From an uncultured Nitrospirales bacterium (lineage in GTDB: Bacteria; Nitrospirota; Thermodesulfovibrionia; UBA6902; BMS3Bbin08): a DNA stretch of 60,613 bases. Under the pieces are notes generated by a model that had not been told where the DNA came from, ran no database searches, and was given only the letters and a program-made list of their open reading frames with translations. The position numbers and the translations under genes are program-made. Every line of letters begins with the position of its first letter. Position 1 is the stretch's first letter. Positions 9,392-19,967 of this stretch are shown piece by piece. The stretch is from assembly GCA_964574765.1 (NCBI GenBank), contig CAZNPC010000003.1:1-60613 (forward strand). The letters are read 5' to 3'.

Positions 9392-9737
9392 GCTTAGCAT
9401 ATTATTCGTAGGCGATAAGAAAATGCTTCAGCTGAACTCTTCTTTCAGAGGGATAAGCAGGGCCACCGACGTCCTGTCTTTCCCTCAGATAGAATCCAGG
9501 GAATTTCCCAATTTCCGAACTTCCGGGTTTGTGCTGGGTGATGTTGTAATTAATACGAAAAGAGCGGCGGCCCAGGCCGGAGAATCAGGTATTAGCCTTC
9601 ATGATGAAATTAATCGTCTCCTTGTGCATGGTATCCTTCATCTGATCGGATATGACCATGAGGACTCGCGATACAGGGCGTCGGACATGAGAAAAAAAGA
9701 AAAAGAGATATTAAATGCCATTAAAAAAATGGGTTGA
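9285..9737 (+). CDS. ybeY: rRNA maturation endoribonuclease YbeY
   Basis: TDVLSFP and the zinc motif HGILHLIGYDHE. 150 aa. Overlaps the pgpH tail by 107 nt in another frame. Confidence 0.9.
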   Translation: MTILIKNQQRLKRLNRIKIKKAALKILSLLEQPAAELSILFVGDKKMLQLNSSFRGISRATDVLSFPQIESREFPNFRTSGFVLGDVVINTKRAAAQAGESGISLHDEINRLLVHGILHLIGYDHEDSRYRASDMRKKEKEILNAIKKMG

Positions 9738-10413
9738 AAGCGTCAACCATGCCATTGAGGGCATTCTACATGCCGTAAAGACCCAGAGGCATCTGCGTTA
9801 TCATTTTATCGCTGCAGTGCTTGTCCTTATTTTGAGTTTTACACTGGGAATCAGCAGGTCTGAATTTATAGCTATCGCTATTGCCGTCATAATAGTACTT
9901 TCCGTTGAAATGCTCAATACGGCTGTCGAGGCTACGGTTGATATTCTCTTCAGAGAATATGATGAAAGGGCAAAGATAATAAAAGATATCTCTGCCGGCG
10001 CTGTGCTTATAACCGCTGTTGGAGCCGCGCTGATCGGATACATTACCCTGCTGCCCTACATTCAGAACCTTTTTGAAAACGGCCTGACAATTGCCAAACA
10101 TTCGGGTGAGGACATTGCGGTGATCGCCGTAATAGTAGTGCTGATTTTGGTTATAATTACCAAGGCATTTTTCGGCAAAGGTCTTCCTCTGAGAGGCGGA
10201 ATGCCGAGCGGTCACGCTGCAGTTGCCTTTTCCGTATGGGTAACTGTTACCTTTCTGAGCAAAGCCCTTGTACCTTTCCTTCTTATCCTTGCCCTTGCCG
10301 TCCTGGTCGCCCAAAGCAGAGTAACTTCCGGCGTTCACAGGCCATGGGAAGTCATTCTCGGCGCCCTGCTTGGCTCCTCCGTAACCTTTCTCCTTTTTAA
10401 AATATTTCTATAA
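9715..10413 (+). CDS. dgkA: Fusion protein: DgkA-type (undecaprenol/diacylglycerol) kinase + PAP2 phosphatase
   Basis: N-half: EMLNTAVEATVD...KDISAGAV (DgkA signature). C-half: MPSGHAAV and SRVTSGVHRPWE (PAP2 motifs 2 and 3). Confidence 0.8.
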   Translation: MPLKKWVESVNHAIEGILHAVKTQRHLRYHFIAAVLVLILSFTLGISRSEFIAIAIAVIIVLSVEMLNTAVEATVDILFREYDERAKIIKDISAGAVLITAVGAALIGYITLLPYIQNLFENGLTIAKHSGEDIAVIAVIVVLILVIITKAFFGKGLPLRGGMPSGHAAVAFSVWVTVTFLSKALVPFLLILALAVLVAQSRVTSGVHRPWEVILGALLGSSVTFLLFKIFL

Positions 10414-10504
10414 ACTATCCGGTATTCAGAAGTACTGCAAAAATATTTGACAAAGGAAAAATATTCTGAAATACTAAATCGTTTTCTAATAAATTAGAAG
10501 AAAA

Positions 10505-11278
10505 ATGATCAAGTTCATTAATGTAAATAAATGGTTTGAAGACCGGCAGGTCCTAAACAACATCTGTCTTGAAATTTTACAAGGCGAGGTTATTGTAATC
10601 TGCGGCCCCAGCGGGGCCGGCAAAAGCACACTGTTCAGGACAATCAATAAACTTGAACCTATTGACGAGGGTGAAATAATCGTTGATAATTTTCACCTTT
10701 CCGACTCAAAAACAGACCTGACCCGTTTGCGGGCGGAGATCGGAATGGTTTTTCAGCACTTCAATCTCTATCCGCACAAGACAGCACTTAAAAACATAAT
10801 GCTTGCACCTCAAAAAGTTCGGGGATTGAGCAAAAAACAGGCAAAAGAAAAAGCCCTGGCTCTACTTGAGAAGGTCGGCCTTTCCCATAGATGCGACGCG
10901 TATCCGTCGCAGTTATCCGGCGGCGAGCAGCAGCGTGTCGCCATTGCTCGAAGCCTTGCCATGGAACCCAAGATAATGTTGTTTGACGAACCGACATCAG
11001 CCCTTGATCCCGAACTCATAAATGAGGTCCTTGATGTCATGACGTCGCTTGCGCAGGAAGGAATGACCATGGTTGTAATAACCCATGAGATGGGCTTCGC
11101 CCAGAGAGTTGCCAACAGAGTGGTCTTCATGGACAACGGAAAGATCCTGGAAATCGGGGACACCCGCGAAATATTCACAAATCCAAAACACCCCCGGACA
11201 AGAGAGTTCATGAGCAAGATCCTGCATATTCCTTTCTCCAATGATATGCAGAATATCAGCGGAACAGATAATGTTTGA
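10505..11278 (+). CDS. Polar amino-acid ABC transporter ATP-binding protein (GlnQ-like)
   Basis: Walker [10 protein letters not shown], signature [13 protein letters not shown], Walker [12 protein letters not shown]. Confidence 0.9.
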   Translation: MIKFINVNKWFEDRQVLNNICLEILQGEVIVICGPSGAGKSTLFRTINKLEPIDEGEIIVDNFHLSDSKTDLTRLRAEIGMVFQHFNLYPHKTALKNIMLAPQKVRGLSKKQAKEKALALLEKVGLSHRCDAYPSQLSGGEQQRVAIARSLAMEPKIMLFDEPTSALDPELINEVLDVMTSLAQEGMTMVVITHEMGFAQRVANRVVFMDNGKILEIGDTREIFTNPKHPRTREFMSKILHIPFSNDMQNISGTDNV

Positions 11279-12005
11279 TCTTAAATATAATTTTGACTGG
11301 AGCATCCCGTTCCGGGACCCCTATATGCAATGGATGATCACAGGTATTAAGGTTACTCTTCTGATCGCTTTTGTAACTTTTATTACATCTTTGCTGCTCG
11401 GCACTCTGATAGCTGTAATGAGGAAATCCCGCATTAAACCCCTGCGCGTTATGGGGAAATTATATGTTGAAACGTTCCGAAATATCCCGGGGTTATTCTG
11501 GCTGCTCTTTTTTTACTTTATGTTCCCCGAGCTGTTACCTTCAGCTTTGGGTGACAGGCTGAACGCATACATCCATTACCCAATACTGGCAAGTATCATT
11601 GCCCTGACCCTTGATAACTCTGCTTACGTATCAGACATTATCAGAAGCGGCCTTCTGGCTATACCCCCGGGCCAGAGAGAAGCTGCCATATCAACCGGTT
11701 TGAGCCGTGTTCAACAGTATCAATACATACTTCTGCCGCAGACATTCAGAAAGATCCTTCCGCCGCTGGGAACGAGGATGATACATAATTTCAAGAATAC
11801 ATCATTGTGTATGGCAATAACCACGCCTGAGCTTACATGGGCAACTCAACAGATAGAATCACTCACATTCCGCGGACTTGAAGCTACTACTATTGCAACA
11901 GCTTTTTATATTACCCTTTCCTTGTGTTTGGGCGGCATCATTATTATTCTTGAAAAAATATACAAAATCGACATTGAAAGCATAACCCATATGGAAGTTA
12001 TTTAA
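11271..12005 (+). CDS. Amino-acid ABC transporter permease (HisMQ family)
   Basis: Multi-TM protein with an EAA-type loop ([22 protein letters not shown]). ATG 11271 overlaps the ATPase stop. Confidence 0.85.
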   Translation: MFDLKYNFDWSIPFRDPYMQWMITGIKVTLLIAFVTFITSLLLGTLIAVMRKSRIKPLRVMGKLYVETFRNIPGLFWLLFFYFMFPELLPSALGDRLNAYIHYPILASIIALTLDNSAYVSDIIRSGLLAIPPGQREAAISTGLSRVQQYQYILLPQTFRKILPPLGTRMIHNFKNTSLCMAITTPELTWATQQIESLTFRGLEATTIATAFYITLSLCLGGIIIILEKIYKIDIESITHMEVI

Positions 12006-12009
12006 TATC

Positions 12010-12756
12010 ATGAACCATCTGATAGAACAGTTCGGCAACTGGAAATTCTACCTGATAGGCGCCTATCCGGCAGGGCCGTTTGGCGGACTCGCGATTAATA
12101 TCTTCATAGCTCTGATCTGCCTTACGGCAAGTTTTTTTATAGGTGCCGTCTTTGGGATGGGGAGGCTTTCCTGCAGGAGATATATCAGCCATCCGTGCAT
12201 TATTTACATCGAAACGATCAGGGCGACACCTTCTCTTCTTCTTGTCTTCTGGTTCTTTTTTTTCATACCCAGCGTATTAGGAGTAAATATTTCCCTTTTC
12301 TGGAGCGCTGTTATATCGTTAACCATATATGCCACTGCCTACCAGGCAGAGATCGTCAGGGCTGGAATACTGGCGGTTCCAAAAGGCCAGATGGAGGCTG
12401 CCTTATCAAGCGGAATGACCAGGTTCCAGGCCGCAAGGACTGTCATTCTTCCGCAGGCTTTCAGAATGATGCTCCCTTCTTTTGTCAGTTTCTTTATATC
12501 CCTTTTTAAAGAAACCTCTGTTATATATATTATCGGTGTTATCGAACTTATACAGACCGGCGTGATAATCAGTCAGCGCCAGCCGGACAGGATGCTGGCA
12601 GCATATGTATTCGTGGCTGCAGGCTTTTTTACAGTCTGCTTCGGAATGTCACGATTAGCCAAGATGATCGAGAAACGCGTAGGAATCCTTGATCTGTCCT
12701 CCTACAGGCCCACTGTCTGCAGGACCGACCTTTCTCTATACCCCAAAAAGCCATAG
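12010..12756 (+). CDS. Amino-acid ABC transporter permease (second subunit)
   Basis: Multi-TM protein with EAA loop MEAALSSGMTRFQAARTVILPQAF. Confidence 0.85.
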   Translation: MNHLIEQFGNWKFYLIGAYPAGPFGGLAINIFIALICLTASFFIGAVFGMGRLSCRRYISHPCIIYIETIRATPSLLLVFWFFFFIPSVLGVNISLFWSAVISLTIYATAYQAEIVRAGILAVPKGQMEAALSSGMTRFQAARTVILPQAFRMMLPSFVSFFISLFKETSVIYIIGVIELIQTGVIISQRQPDRMLAAYVFVAAGFFTVCFGMSRLAKMIEKRVGILDLSSYRPTVCRTDLSLYPKKP

Positions 12757-12920
12757 TAAATTAAAAGCCTAAAGACTGTAACGGACAGCCCGGATTTCTT
12801 AAGTCCATACCGGCAGTAGTGTTTGAACACGACAGGCCGGCAATCGACATGGTTTACACTATATTTCGACATGTGATAACATTATAGGTTGTAATATCTA
12901 TTTAAAGGGAGAACCGTATT

Positions 12921-13898
12921 TTGAAGAGCGCGATCGGAATCGATGTCGGAGGTACAAATATCAAGGCCGTACAGGTCTCAGAGAAGGGAGATATCCTGAA
13001 CCGCTTTGCTGAACCCACGCCAACAGAACGCGGCGGCTCTCCGGATAAGATTAAAACCGCTATCCAACAGATTCTCCGTAATATCCTGGACGACAGTGTT
13101 GTTGGTATTGGCTTTGGGATTGCCGGGCCGATAGACAGAAAAAACGGCATTGTCCTGGAATCTCCGAATATTTCCGAGATTAATGGATTCAGGGTAAAAG
13201 AGACCTTTGAAAAGGAGTTCTCCCTGCCTGTAACAGTTGAAAATGACGCGAATGCATATACCTTTGGAGAAAAATGGATCGGTGCCGGCAAGGACTATGA
13301 AAATTTCGCCGTACTCACTCTCGGTACAGGCCTTGGCGGCGGAATAATCTATCGCGGAGAACTCTTCGAGGGGTCAGCCGAGATTGGACATATGGTAATT
13401 GAACCTCAGGGCCGCATCTGCTCATGCGGCAGTTTCGGCTGTCTGGAATCATATGCCTCCGGCAGGGCGGTCAAGGACCTGGCAATATCTTTGCTCGAGA
13501 AAGGCGCAAAAAGCCTGCTGTCTGAATGCTGTGACGGCAATTTCTATAAGATAACACCTGAACTTGTGTATCAGACAGCTCTTGAAGGCGATAATCTCAG
13601 CAGAGATGTCTTCAGGGAAGCAGGACGATATCTCGGTATCGGCGTAGGTAACCTCGTTAACCTGTTCAGCCTTGACGCCATAATATTTGGTGGGGGCCTT
13701 ATAGGCGCCTGGGACCTGTTCATCGAAGAAATGAAAAAAGAATTCTTAAAAAGGTCTCTTAAATCTTTATCTGCCGATATAAAAATTCTTAAAAGCGTTT
13801 TTAAGGAAGACGGGGCCTCTATAGGAGCGGCGGGCCTCATACTGCAAACTATAGGCCGTTCCGGATCCTCGGAAATTAATCCGCTACAACCTTCATAA
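12921..13898 (+). CDS. glk: ROK-family glucokinase
   Basis: TTG start after [22 protein letters not shown] motif. ROK zinc motif [10 protein letters not shown]. Confidence 0.85.
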   Translation: MKSAIGIDVGGTNIKAVQVSEKGDILNRFAEPTPTERGGSPDKIKTAIQQILRNILDDSVVGIGFGIAGPIDRKNGIVLESPNISEINGFRVKETFEKEFSLPVTVENDANAYTFGEKWIGAGKDYENFAVLTLGTGLGGGIIYRGELFEGSAEIGHMVIEPQGRICSCGSFGCLESYASGRAVKDLAISLLEKGAKSLLSECCDGNFYKITPELVYQTALEGDNLSRDVFREAGRYLGIGVGNLVNLFSLDAIIFGGGLIGAWDLFIEEMKKEFLKRSLKSLSADIKILKSVFKEDGASIGAAGLILQTIGRSGSSEINPLQPS

Positions 13899-13906
13899 CA
13901 GCTTAC

Positions 13907-15697
13907 ATGTCTGAAAGTAATATAAGAAATTTCTCCATTATCGCCCATATAGACCATGGAAAATCCACGCTTGCCGACAGGATACTGGAATATACGGGAG
14001 CTCTTTCCAGCAGGGAAATGGCAGATCAAATACTGGATTCCATGGACCTTGAAAAAGAACGCGGCATTACTATCAAGGCCCAGACAGTAAGGCTTGATTA
14101 TAAGGCGAAAGATGGAAAACATTATATCCTGAATCTCATAGACACACCCGGCCATGTTGATTTTTCATATGAGGTGTCCAGAAGCCTTGCCTCTTGTGAA
14201 GGCGCATTGCTGGTGGTTGACGCCTCACAGGGAGTAGAGGCCCAGACTCTTGCGAATGCGTATCTTGCGGTTGAACATAACCTTGAGATCATTCCGGTGA
14301 TAAACAAAATAGATCTTCCAGGCGCGCAGCCGGACAAGGCAAAGGAACAGATAGAAGAATCCATAGGCATTGACAGCTCTGACGCAATCTTGACGTCCGC
14401 AAAAAAAGGTACAGGCGTACCTGAAGTCCTGGAAGCTATCGTAAATAAAGTCCCTCCGCCATCCGGAAGCCGGGACCATCCTCTTAAAGCCCTCATCTTT
14501 GATTCATGGTTCGATAACTATCAGGGTGTAGTTGTACTTGTGCGGCTTTTTGACGGAGAAGTAAAAAAAGGATCAAAGATCACTCTTATGGCAGCAAAAA
14601 CATCATTTGAGGTCAGTGAAGTCGGTGTCTTTACTCCTTTCAAAAAACCTGTCGGCAGTCTCAGAACAGGGGAGGTAGGGTATATTGTGGCCGGAATCAG
14701 GAATGTATCAGACACAAAAATAGGCGATACAATTACAGGGACTGAAAACCCTGCTTCTGAACCCTGTTCCGGCTATAAAGACATTAAACCCATGGTTTTT
14801 TGCGGGCTATATCCAACTGAGAGCAGTCAGTACGAAACCATGAAGAATGCTCTTAATAAACTGATATTAAACGATTCGTCTTTTAATTACGAGCCCGAAA
14901 CCTCCATTGCCCTTGGGTTTGGTTTCAGGTGCGGGTTCCTTGGGCTTTTACATATGGAAATTGTAAAAGAAAGACTTGAGAGGGAGTTTGGGCTTACTCT
15001 TATCAACACTGCCCCGACCACCGTTTATAAAGTGATTAAAACCGATAATGAAACGATATTTATTGATAATCCCTCCAAACTCCCCGGACAATATGAAAAG
15101 CTTGAAGAACCATTCGTCAAACTGGCCGTCTTTCTTCCTCAGAGATATGTCGGGCAGATTCTTGAGCTTTGCCAGGAAAAAAGAGGTATACAGAAGGACT
15201 TCAGTTATATCGGCAGGGACCGGGTCATCATAACATATGAACTTCCTTTATGTGAAATATTATGGGACTTCTATGATAAACTTAAGTCCCTTTCCAAAGG
15301 ATATGCCTCCATGGACTATGAATTCATTGGTTACAGGGAGGCTAAACTTGTACGGCTCGATATTCTGTTGAATGGAGAGATCGTCGACGCGATTTCTCTT
15401 ATAGTTCACAGGGACAGTGCCTATTACAAGGGAAGGCAGATTGCTGAAAAACTGCGCCAGGTCATTCCGAGACAGCTTTTCGAGGTTGTAATTCAGGCGG
15501 CTATAGGGAACAAGGTAATTGCCAGAGAAAATATTAAGGCTTTGAAGAAAAACGTCCTTGCGAAATGCTATGGAGGTGATGTAACAAGGAAGAGAAAGCT
15601 TCTTGAAAAACAGAAAGAAGGTAAACGCAGAATGAAGCAGGTAGGCAGTGTTGAAATACCTCAGGAGGCTTTTCTTGCCGTGCTTAAGGTAAAATAA
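13907..15697 (+). CDS. lepA: Elongation factor 4 (LepA)
   Basis: G motifs [18 protein letters not shown]. 596 aa. Conserved LepA C-terminus. Confidence 0.97.
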   Translation: MSESNIRNFSIIAHIDHGKSTLADRILEYTGALSSREMADQILDSMDLEKERGITIKAQTVRLDYKAKDGKHYILNLIDTPGHVDFSYEVSRSLASCEGALLVVDASQGVEAQTLANAYLAVEHNLEIIPVINKIDLPGAQPDKAKEQIEESIGIDSSDAILTSAKKGTGVPEVLEAIVNKVPPPSGSRDHPLKALIFDSWFDNYQGVVVLVRLFDGEVKKGSKITLMAAKTSFEVSEVGVFTPFKKPVGSLRTGEVGYIVAGIRNVSDTKIGDTITGTENPASEPCSGYKDIKPMVFCGLYPTESSQYETMKNALNKLILNDSSFNYEPETSIALGFGFRCGFLGLLHMEIVKERLEREFGLTLINTAPTTVYKVIKTDNETIFIDNPSKLPGQYEKLEEPFVKLAVFLPQRYVGQILELCQEKRGIQKDFSYIGRDRVIITYELPLCEILWDFYDKLKSLSKGYASMDYEFIGYREAKLVRLDILLNGEIVDAISLIVHRDSAYYKGRQIAEKLRQVIPRQLFEVVIQAAIGNKVIARENIKALKKNVLAKCYGGDVTRKRKLLEKQKEGKRRMKQVGSVEIPQEAFLAVLKVK

Positions 15698-15773
15698 TAA
15701 GGCCGTCATGCGTGGCATGCGCTGAATCAGTATAATAAATACCCATCATGTATTACGATTTACTCATACGGAT

Positions 15774-16493
15774 ATGAGAGGAGGCAGATTGGCAAAGAAG
15801 AAATCTAAATTCAGAGAATATACTGAGGCCATAATTATCGCAATAATATTGGCCCTTATCATAAGAACATTTGTGATCCAGGCGTTTAAAATACCTTCGG
15901 GGTCCATGATTCCGACTTTATCCGTTGGCGATCATATTCTGGTTAACAAGTTCACATTTGGGCTAAAGGTCCCGTTCATTGATAACCGGTATCTGGTCAT
16001 AAAACAGCCAAAACGCGGCGACATAATAGTTTTTTCCTTCCCCGGCAACAGAGATGTCGAGGAGTGCACAAGCTTTTTCAAAAATGCCTCTTCGAGGTTT
16101 AAAAATGTCCTGAACAACAACAACCCTGTATATTTATTTAAAGATGACTGCAGGGATTTTATTAAAAGGGTGGTTGGCGTTGGCGGAGATAAAGTCGAAA
16201 TAAAAAACAAAAAAGTATTCATTAACAATGTCGCTGTCAAAGAATCTTTCGCGGTCCATAACGATAAGGCTACAACTGCATCAAGAGACAATTTTGGCCC
16301 GAAAATCGTTCCGCACGGCAAGTTCTTTGTCATGGGTGATAACAGAGACTTCAGTTATGACAGCCGGTTCTGGGGATTTGTAGATATTAATGATATTAAA
16401 GGCAAGGCTTTTATTATATACTGGTCATGGGACAGCAATGGCACTTTATTTAATAAAGTGCGATGGTACAGGATCGGTGATCTTCTGCATTGA
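15774..16493 (+). CDS. lepB: Signal peptidase I
   Basis: Catalytic Ser box SGSMIPTL, Lys box KRVVGVGGD, GDNRDFSYDSRFWG. Confidence 0.93.
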   Translation: MRGGRLAKKKSKFREYTEAIIIAIILALIIRTFVIQAFKIPSGSMIPTLSVGDHILVNKFTFGLKVPFIDNRYLVIKQPKRGDIIVFSFPGNRDVEECTSFFKNASSRFKNVLNNNNPVYLFKDDCRDFIKRVVGVGGDKVEIKNKKVFINNVAVKESFAVHNDKATTASRDNFGPKIVPHGKFFVMGDNRDFSYDSRFWGFVDINDIKGKAFIIYWSWDSNGTLFNKVRWYRIGDLLH

Positions 16494-16572
16494 AATCCAA
16501 TTAACGATAAACTATGGTAGACAGTGATGCAGATAAATAAGGGATAATAAACATTACAAAAAGGAGGTACCA

Positions 16573-16908
16573 ATGAAAAAGGTTATTTTCTTCATAACAC
16601 TTGTAATAGTATTAATCTACTGTGGATACCTGTTTGCCGTACCGCAATACCGTTACTATGCCGTCAAAAGCAATCTTGAAGAATACATGCGTATAGCCAT
16701 AGAAAGGCCTGGGCTTGTCCAGGAGACAGTGATGAGTATTGTGAATGATTACGAACTTCCTGTTAAAAAGGACGATATTCATATAACACATGATGACAAA
16801 CGATATTATGTAAAAACATCCTGGGAAGAAACCGTTGATATTTTCACACTGTATCAAAAAACCTATTATTTCACCATTGACACAAGTAAAAAGAATTCCG
16901 GCAAATAA
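16573..16908 (+). CDS. Small membrane-anchored hypothetical protein (possibly DUF4845-like)
   Basis: Strong SD AAAAAGGAGG. N-terminal TM helix VIFFITLVIVLIYCGYLF. TAATG stop/start overlap with ribE. Confidence 0.5.
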   Translation: MKKVIFFITLVIVLIYCGYLFAVPQYRYYAVKSNLEEYMRIAIERPGLVQETVMSIVNDYELPVKKDDIHITHDDKRYYVKTSWEETVDIFTLYQKTYYFTIDTSKKNSGK

Positions 16909-17546
16909 TGTTTACAGGCCTTGTTGAAAACACGTGGAAAGTCAGATCCCTGATACAGGCAGGAGGCGGAATAAAACTAACTCTGGATCCTGCATCTGCA
17001 ATGGAACTGAAGATCGGAGACAGCATATCTGTCAACGGTGTATGTCTCACGGTTATTGAAACCGGCAGTAGTGTTGCGTTCGAGATATCGCCTGAGACAA
17101 TGCGGAGCACAAACCTTGGAGAGTTGAAGGTTAATGGCAAGGTTAACCTTGAACGGGCACTGAAGTTGTCTGACCGCCTCGGCGGTCACATAGTGACAGG
17201 TCACGTAGACGGTTCAGCTGCTATAACAGACAAAAAAAATGCCGGAGATTATACTTTTTATACTTTTGAGGCATCTCCGGAGATATTAAGATACATAGTC
17301 ATAAAAGGGTCTGTGGCTATTGACGGAATCAGTCTGACAGTAACAGACCTTGACAGCCGGTCATTCCGTGTGGCCATTATTCCTCATACGCTTACTGCTA
17401 CCAATATCGGGGAGAAAGGAATAGGCGACAAAGTCAATATTGAGGTTGATATTGTTGGGAAATATATTGAAAAACTTGTCTGTGGGAAAAAAGACAAGGC
17501 AAAGCTCGATAATTTATTAAAAGAAAAAGGATTCATAAATGACTAA
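16908..17546 (+). CDS. ribE: Riboflavin synthase alpha chain
   Basis: MFTGLVE N-terminus and a duplicated lumazine-binding repeat. 212 aa. Confidence 0.93.
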   Translation: MFTGLVENTWKVRSLIQAGGGIKLTLDPASAMELKIGDSISVNGVCLTVIETGSSVAFEISPETMRSTNLGELKVNGKVNLERALKLSDRLGGHIVTGHVDGSAAITDKKNAGDYTFYTFEASPEILRYIVIKGSVAIDGISLTVTDLDSRSFRVAIIPHTLTATNIGEKGIGDKVNIEVDIVGKYIEKLVCGKKDKAKLDNLLKEKGFIND

Positions 17547-18798
17547 ACCCAGGGCATCAAAAGCAAAAACCGTATCCAGATCCGGCGCCAAATTTAAATT
17601 CAACGCAATTGAAGGGGCTATTGCAGATATTAAAAAAGGTAAAATGGTCATTCTTGTTGACGATGAAGACAGGGAAAATGAGGGTGATCTGACAATAGCC
17701 GCTGATAAAATAACTCCGCAGGCCGTAAATTTCATGGCTAAATATGGCCGGGGGCTTATCTGCCTGTCTTTAACCCCTGAAAAAGTGGATGAACTTCAAC
17801 TCCCCATGATGTCTGATCAGAACACTTCTCATTTTGGAACTGCATTTACTGTATCCATTGAAGCCAAAAAAGGTGTGACCACTGGTATCTCCGCGGCAGA
17901 CAGGACGCGGACTATCCTTACTGCCATCAAACCCAAAGCCAAACCCGGGGACCTGGCCAGACCCGGACATACATTTCCCTTGAGGGCTCAGCCGGGGGGT
18001 GTCCTTCAACGTGCGGGACAGACAGAAGGCTCTGTTGATCTGGCAAGACTTGCCGGTCTGTCTCCTGCAGGGGTTATATGCGAGATAATGAATGATGACG
18101 GCACAATGGCCAGGGTTCCGCAGCTTGCAAAGTTTGCCCGTAAACACCGCCTTAAAATAATTACCATAAAAGACCTGATTGAATACAGAATGCGCAATGA
18201 ATGCCTTGTCCGGAGGGTAGCCACAACAAAACTGCCCACTGATTTCGGAGGCGAGTTTATCTCGGTTTTGTTTGAAAGTGTAGTTGACGGCTCTGTGCAT
18301 ATTGCTCTGATAAAAGGACAGCTCTCCCCCAGTGACAAGGTCCTGGTCAGGGTACACTCCGAGTGTCTGACTGGTGACGTCTTCGGCTCAAAAAGATGCG
18401 ACTGCGGAGACCAGCTGCACAAATCCATGGCCATGATAAAGAAAGAGGGTAAAGGCGTGATCCTTTACATGCGGCAGGAAGGCCGGGGTATAGGCCTGGA
18501 AAACAAATTAAAAGCATATGAACTGCAGGATAAAGGACTTGATACTGTTGAAGCAAATGTAAAACTCGGATTCAAACCTGACCTGAGGGATTACGGGATA
18601 GGCGCGCAGATCCTGGTTAATCTCGGAATACGGAAAATGCGCTTAATCACAAATAATCCGAAAAAGATCATTGGGCTGGGAGGATATCATCTGCGTGTAG
18701 TAGAGCGGGTACCGATAGAAATAAAACCGCATGAAAAAAACATTAAATATCTTACAACCAAGAAAAGCAAGCTGGGCCATTTACTTAATAAAGTATAA
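17539..18798 (+). CDS. ribBA: Bifunctional 3,4-dihydroxy-2-butanone-4-phosphate synthase / GTP cyclohydrolase II
   Basis: N-half [12 protein letters not shown]-half zinc cluster [15 protein letters not shown]. 419 aa. Confidence 0.95.
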   Translation: MTKPRASKAKTVSRSGAKFKFNAIEGAIADIKKGKMVILVDDEDRENEGDLTIAADKITPQAVNFMAKYGRGLICLSLTPEKVDELQLPMMSDQNTSHFGTAFTVSIEAKKGVTTGISAADRTRTILTAIKPKAKPGDLARPGHTFPLRAQPGGVLQRAGQTEGSVDLARLAGLSPAGVICEIMNDDGTMARVPQLAKFARKHRLKIITIKDLIEYRMRNECLVRRVATTKLPTDFGGEFISVLFESVVDGSVHIALIKGQLSPSDKVLVRVHSECLTGDVFGSKRCDCGDQLHKSMAMIKKEGKGVILYMRQEGRGIGLENKLKAYELQDKGLDTVEANVKLGFKPDLRDYGIGAQILVNLGIRKMRLITNNPKKIIGLGGYHLRVVERVPIEIKPHEKNIKYLTTKKSKLGHLLNKV

Positions 18799-18882
18799 AC
18801 TACCGTAATGCGTTGTGTGTAACTCGCAGCGGGCAGATAACTGCTAAAATATATAAACAACCGTGAACTTTATGGAGGAGTT

Positions 18883-19344
18883 ATGAAAAAATATGAAGGA
18901 GAGCTTCAGGCAAAGGGCCTGAAGTTCGCTATAATTGTCAGCCGTTTTAATGATTTTATAACCAACAAGCTCCTGGACGGAGCAGTAGACGCGCTTTTAA
19001 GGCATGGTGTTGCGGATCAAAATATAGACACTATAAAAGTGCCCGGAGCCTTTGAGCTCCCGCTAACTGCGAAAATTGTCGCCGGGAAAAAAACTTATGA
19101 TGCCGTAATATGTCTGGGAACAATAATACGCGGGGCAACACCGCATTTTGAATATGTTGCCTCTGAGTCCGCTAAAGGCATAGCCGCCGCCGCTATGGAT
19201 ACCGGCGTCCCAATAGCCTTCGGCGTTATAACTGCTGATACCATTGAACAGGCTGTGGAGAGGGCGGGAACAAAGAGCGGCAATAAAGGTTGGGATGCCG
19301 CAATGGTTGCAATTGAAATGGCACAGCTGTTGAAAAAACTATGA
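18883..19344 (+). CDS. ribH: 6,7-dimethyl-8-ribityllumazine synthase
   Basis: [17 protein letters not shown]. 153 aa. SD GGAGG. Confidence 0.95.
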   Translation: MKKYEGELQAKGLKFAIIVSRFNDFITNKLLDGAVDALLRHGVADQNIDTIKVPGAFELPLTAKIVAGKKTYDAVICLGTIIRGATPHFEYVASESAKGIAAAAMDTGVPIAFGVITADTIEQAVERAGTKSGNKGWDAAMVAIEMAQLLKKL

Positions 19345-19420
19345 GCATAAAAGCCGGAACACCCTCCAAACTACCGGCGGGCAAGCAGAACACAGATAAA
19401 AAAAATATAAATGCCTCAAA

Positions 19421-19455
19421 TCTGGGTTCTGTGTTCTGGGTTCTGGGTTCTGTAT
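19421..19455 (+). repeat. Heptanucleotide tandem array (TCTGKGT)x5 running into the nusB start codon
   Basis: TCTGGGT TCTGTGT TCTGGGT TCTGGGT TCTGTAT. The final AT belongs to the nusB ATG (19454). Confidence 0.85.
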
Positions 19456-19876
19456 GATGAAACGCCGCCGCTCGAGAGAATATGCCTTGCAGCTGCTTTT
19501 TCAGCTCGACCTGTCCAAGAACAAACTGGATGAAAAACTGCTTAAAGAATTTTGGGAAAACAATAACGAAGAGCCTGAAGTCATCGAGTTCACTCATGGT
19601 ATTGTGCGCGGGACGATTAAACATCTTGAAGAGATAGACGAGATTATTAAAAAAGCCGCTGAAAACTGGTCAATCGACAGAATGGCGGTTGTTGACAGAA
19701 ATATTCTCAGAGCCGCCGCTCATGAGCTCATTTACGGAATAGACATCCCACATTCTGTCATAATAAACGAGGCCATTGAAATATCCAGAAAATACTCAAC
19801 TGAAGATTCATCAGCATTTATAAACGGAATTCTGGATAAAATTCGAAAATCTCAAAGAACCGCAGATAGTCACTGA
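19454..19876 (+). CDS. nusB: Transcription antitermination factor NusB
   Basis: MMKRRRSREYALQLLFQ is typical of NusB. 140 aa. Conserved ribH-nusB linkage. Confidence 0.93.
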   Translation: MMKRRRSREYALQLLFQLDLSKNKLDEKLLKEFWENNNEEPEVIEFTHGIVRGTIKHLEEIDEIIKKAAENWSIDRMAVVDRNILRAAAHELIYGIDIPHSVIINEAIEISRKYSTEDSSAFINGILDKIRKSQRTADSH

Positions 19877-19920
19877 TAAAAAGAAACAGATGTTCGCAGA
19901 TGAAAAGTACAAATGAAGAT

Positions 19921-19961
19921 ATCTGTGGTAATCTGTAATATATCAGCGATCATCTGTGTTT
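19921..19961 (+). repeat. TCTGTG-core repeat unit abutting the phosphoesterase start
   Basis: ATCTGTG (19921), ATCTGTA (19931), ATCTGTG (19952). 19939-19961 is the exact reverse complement of 27348-27370. Confidence 0.85.
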
Positions 19962-19967
19962 ATTAAA

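Noticed and set aside
16494-16572. FMN riboswitch expected ahead of the rib operon (also checked 18799-18882).
   Set aside because: The spacers are only about 80 nt and lack the conserved FMN-element helices. The rib genes here appear to be led by a small membrane-protein gene instead.
19421-19455. Short tandem arrays considered as CRISPR (also 52449-52483, 23760-23799, 26336-26363).
   Set aside because: The units are 7-8 bp with no spacers and no cas genes. These are simple tandem repeats.
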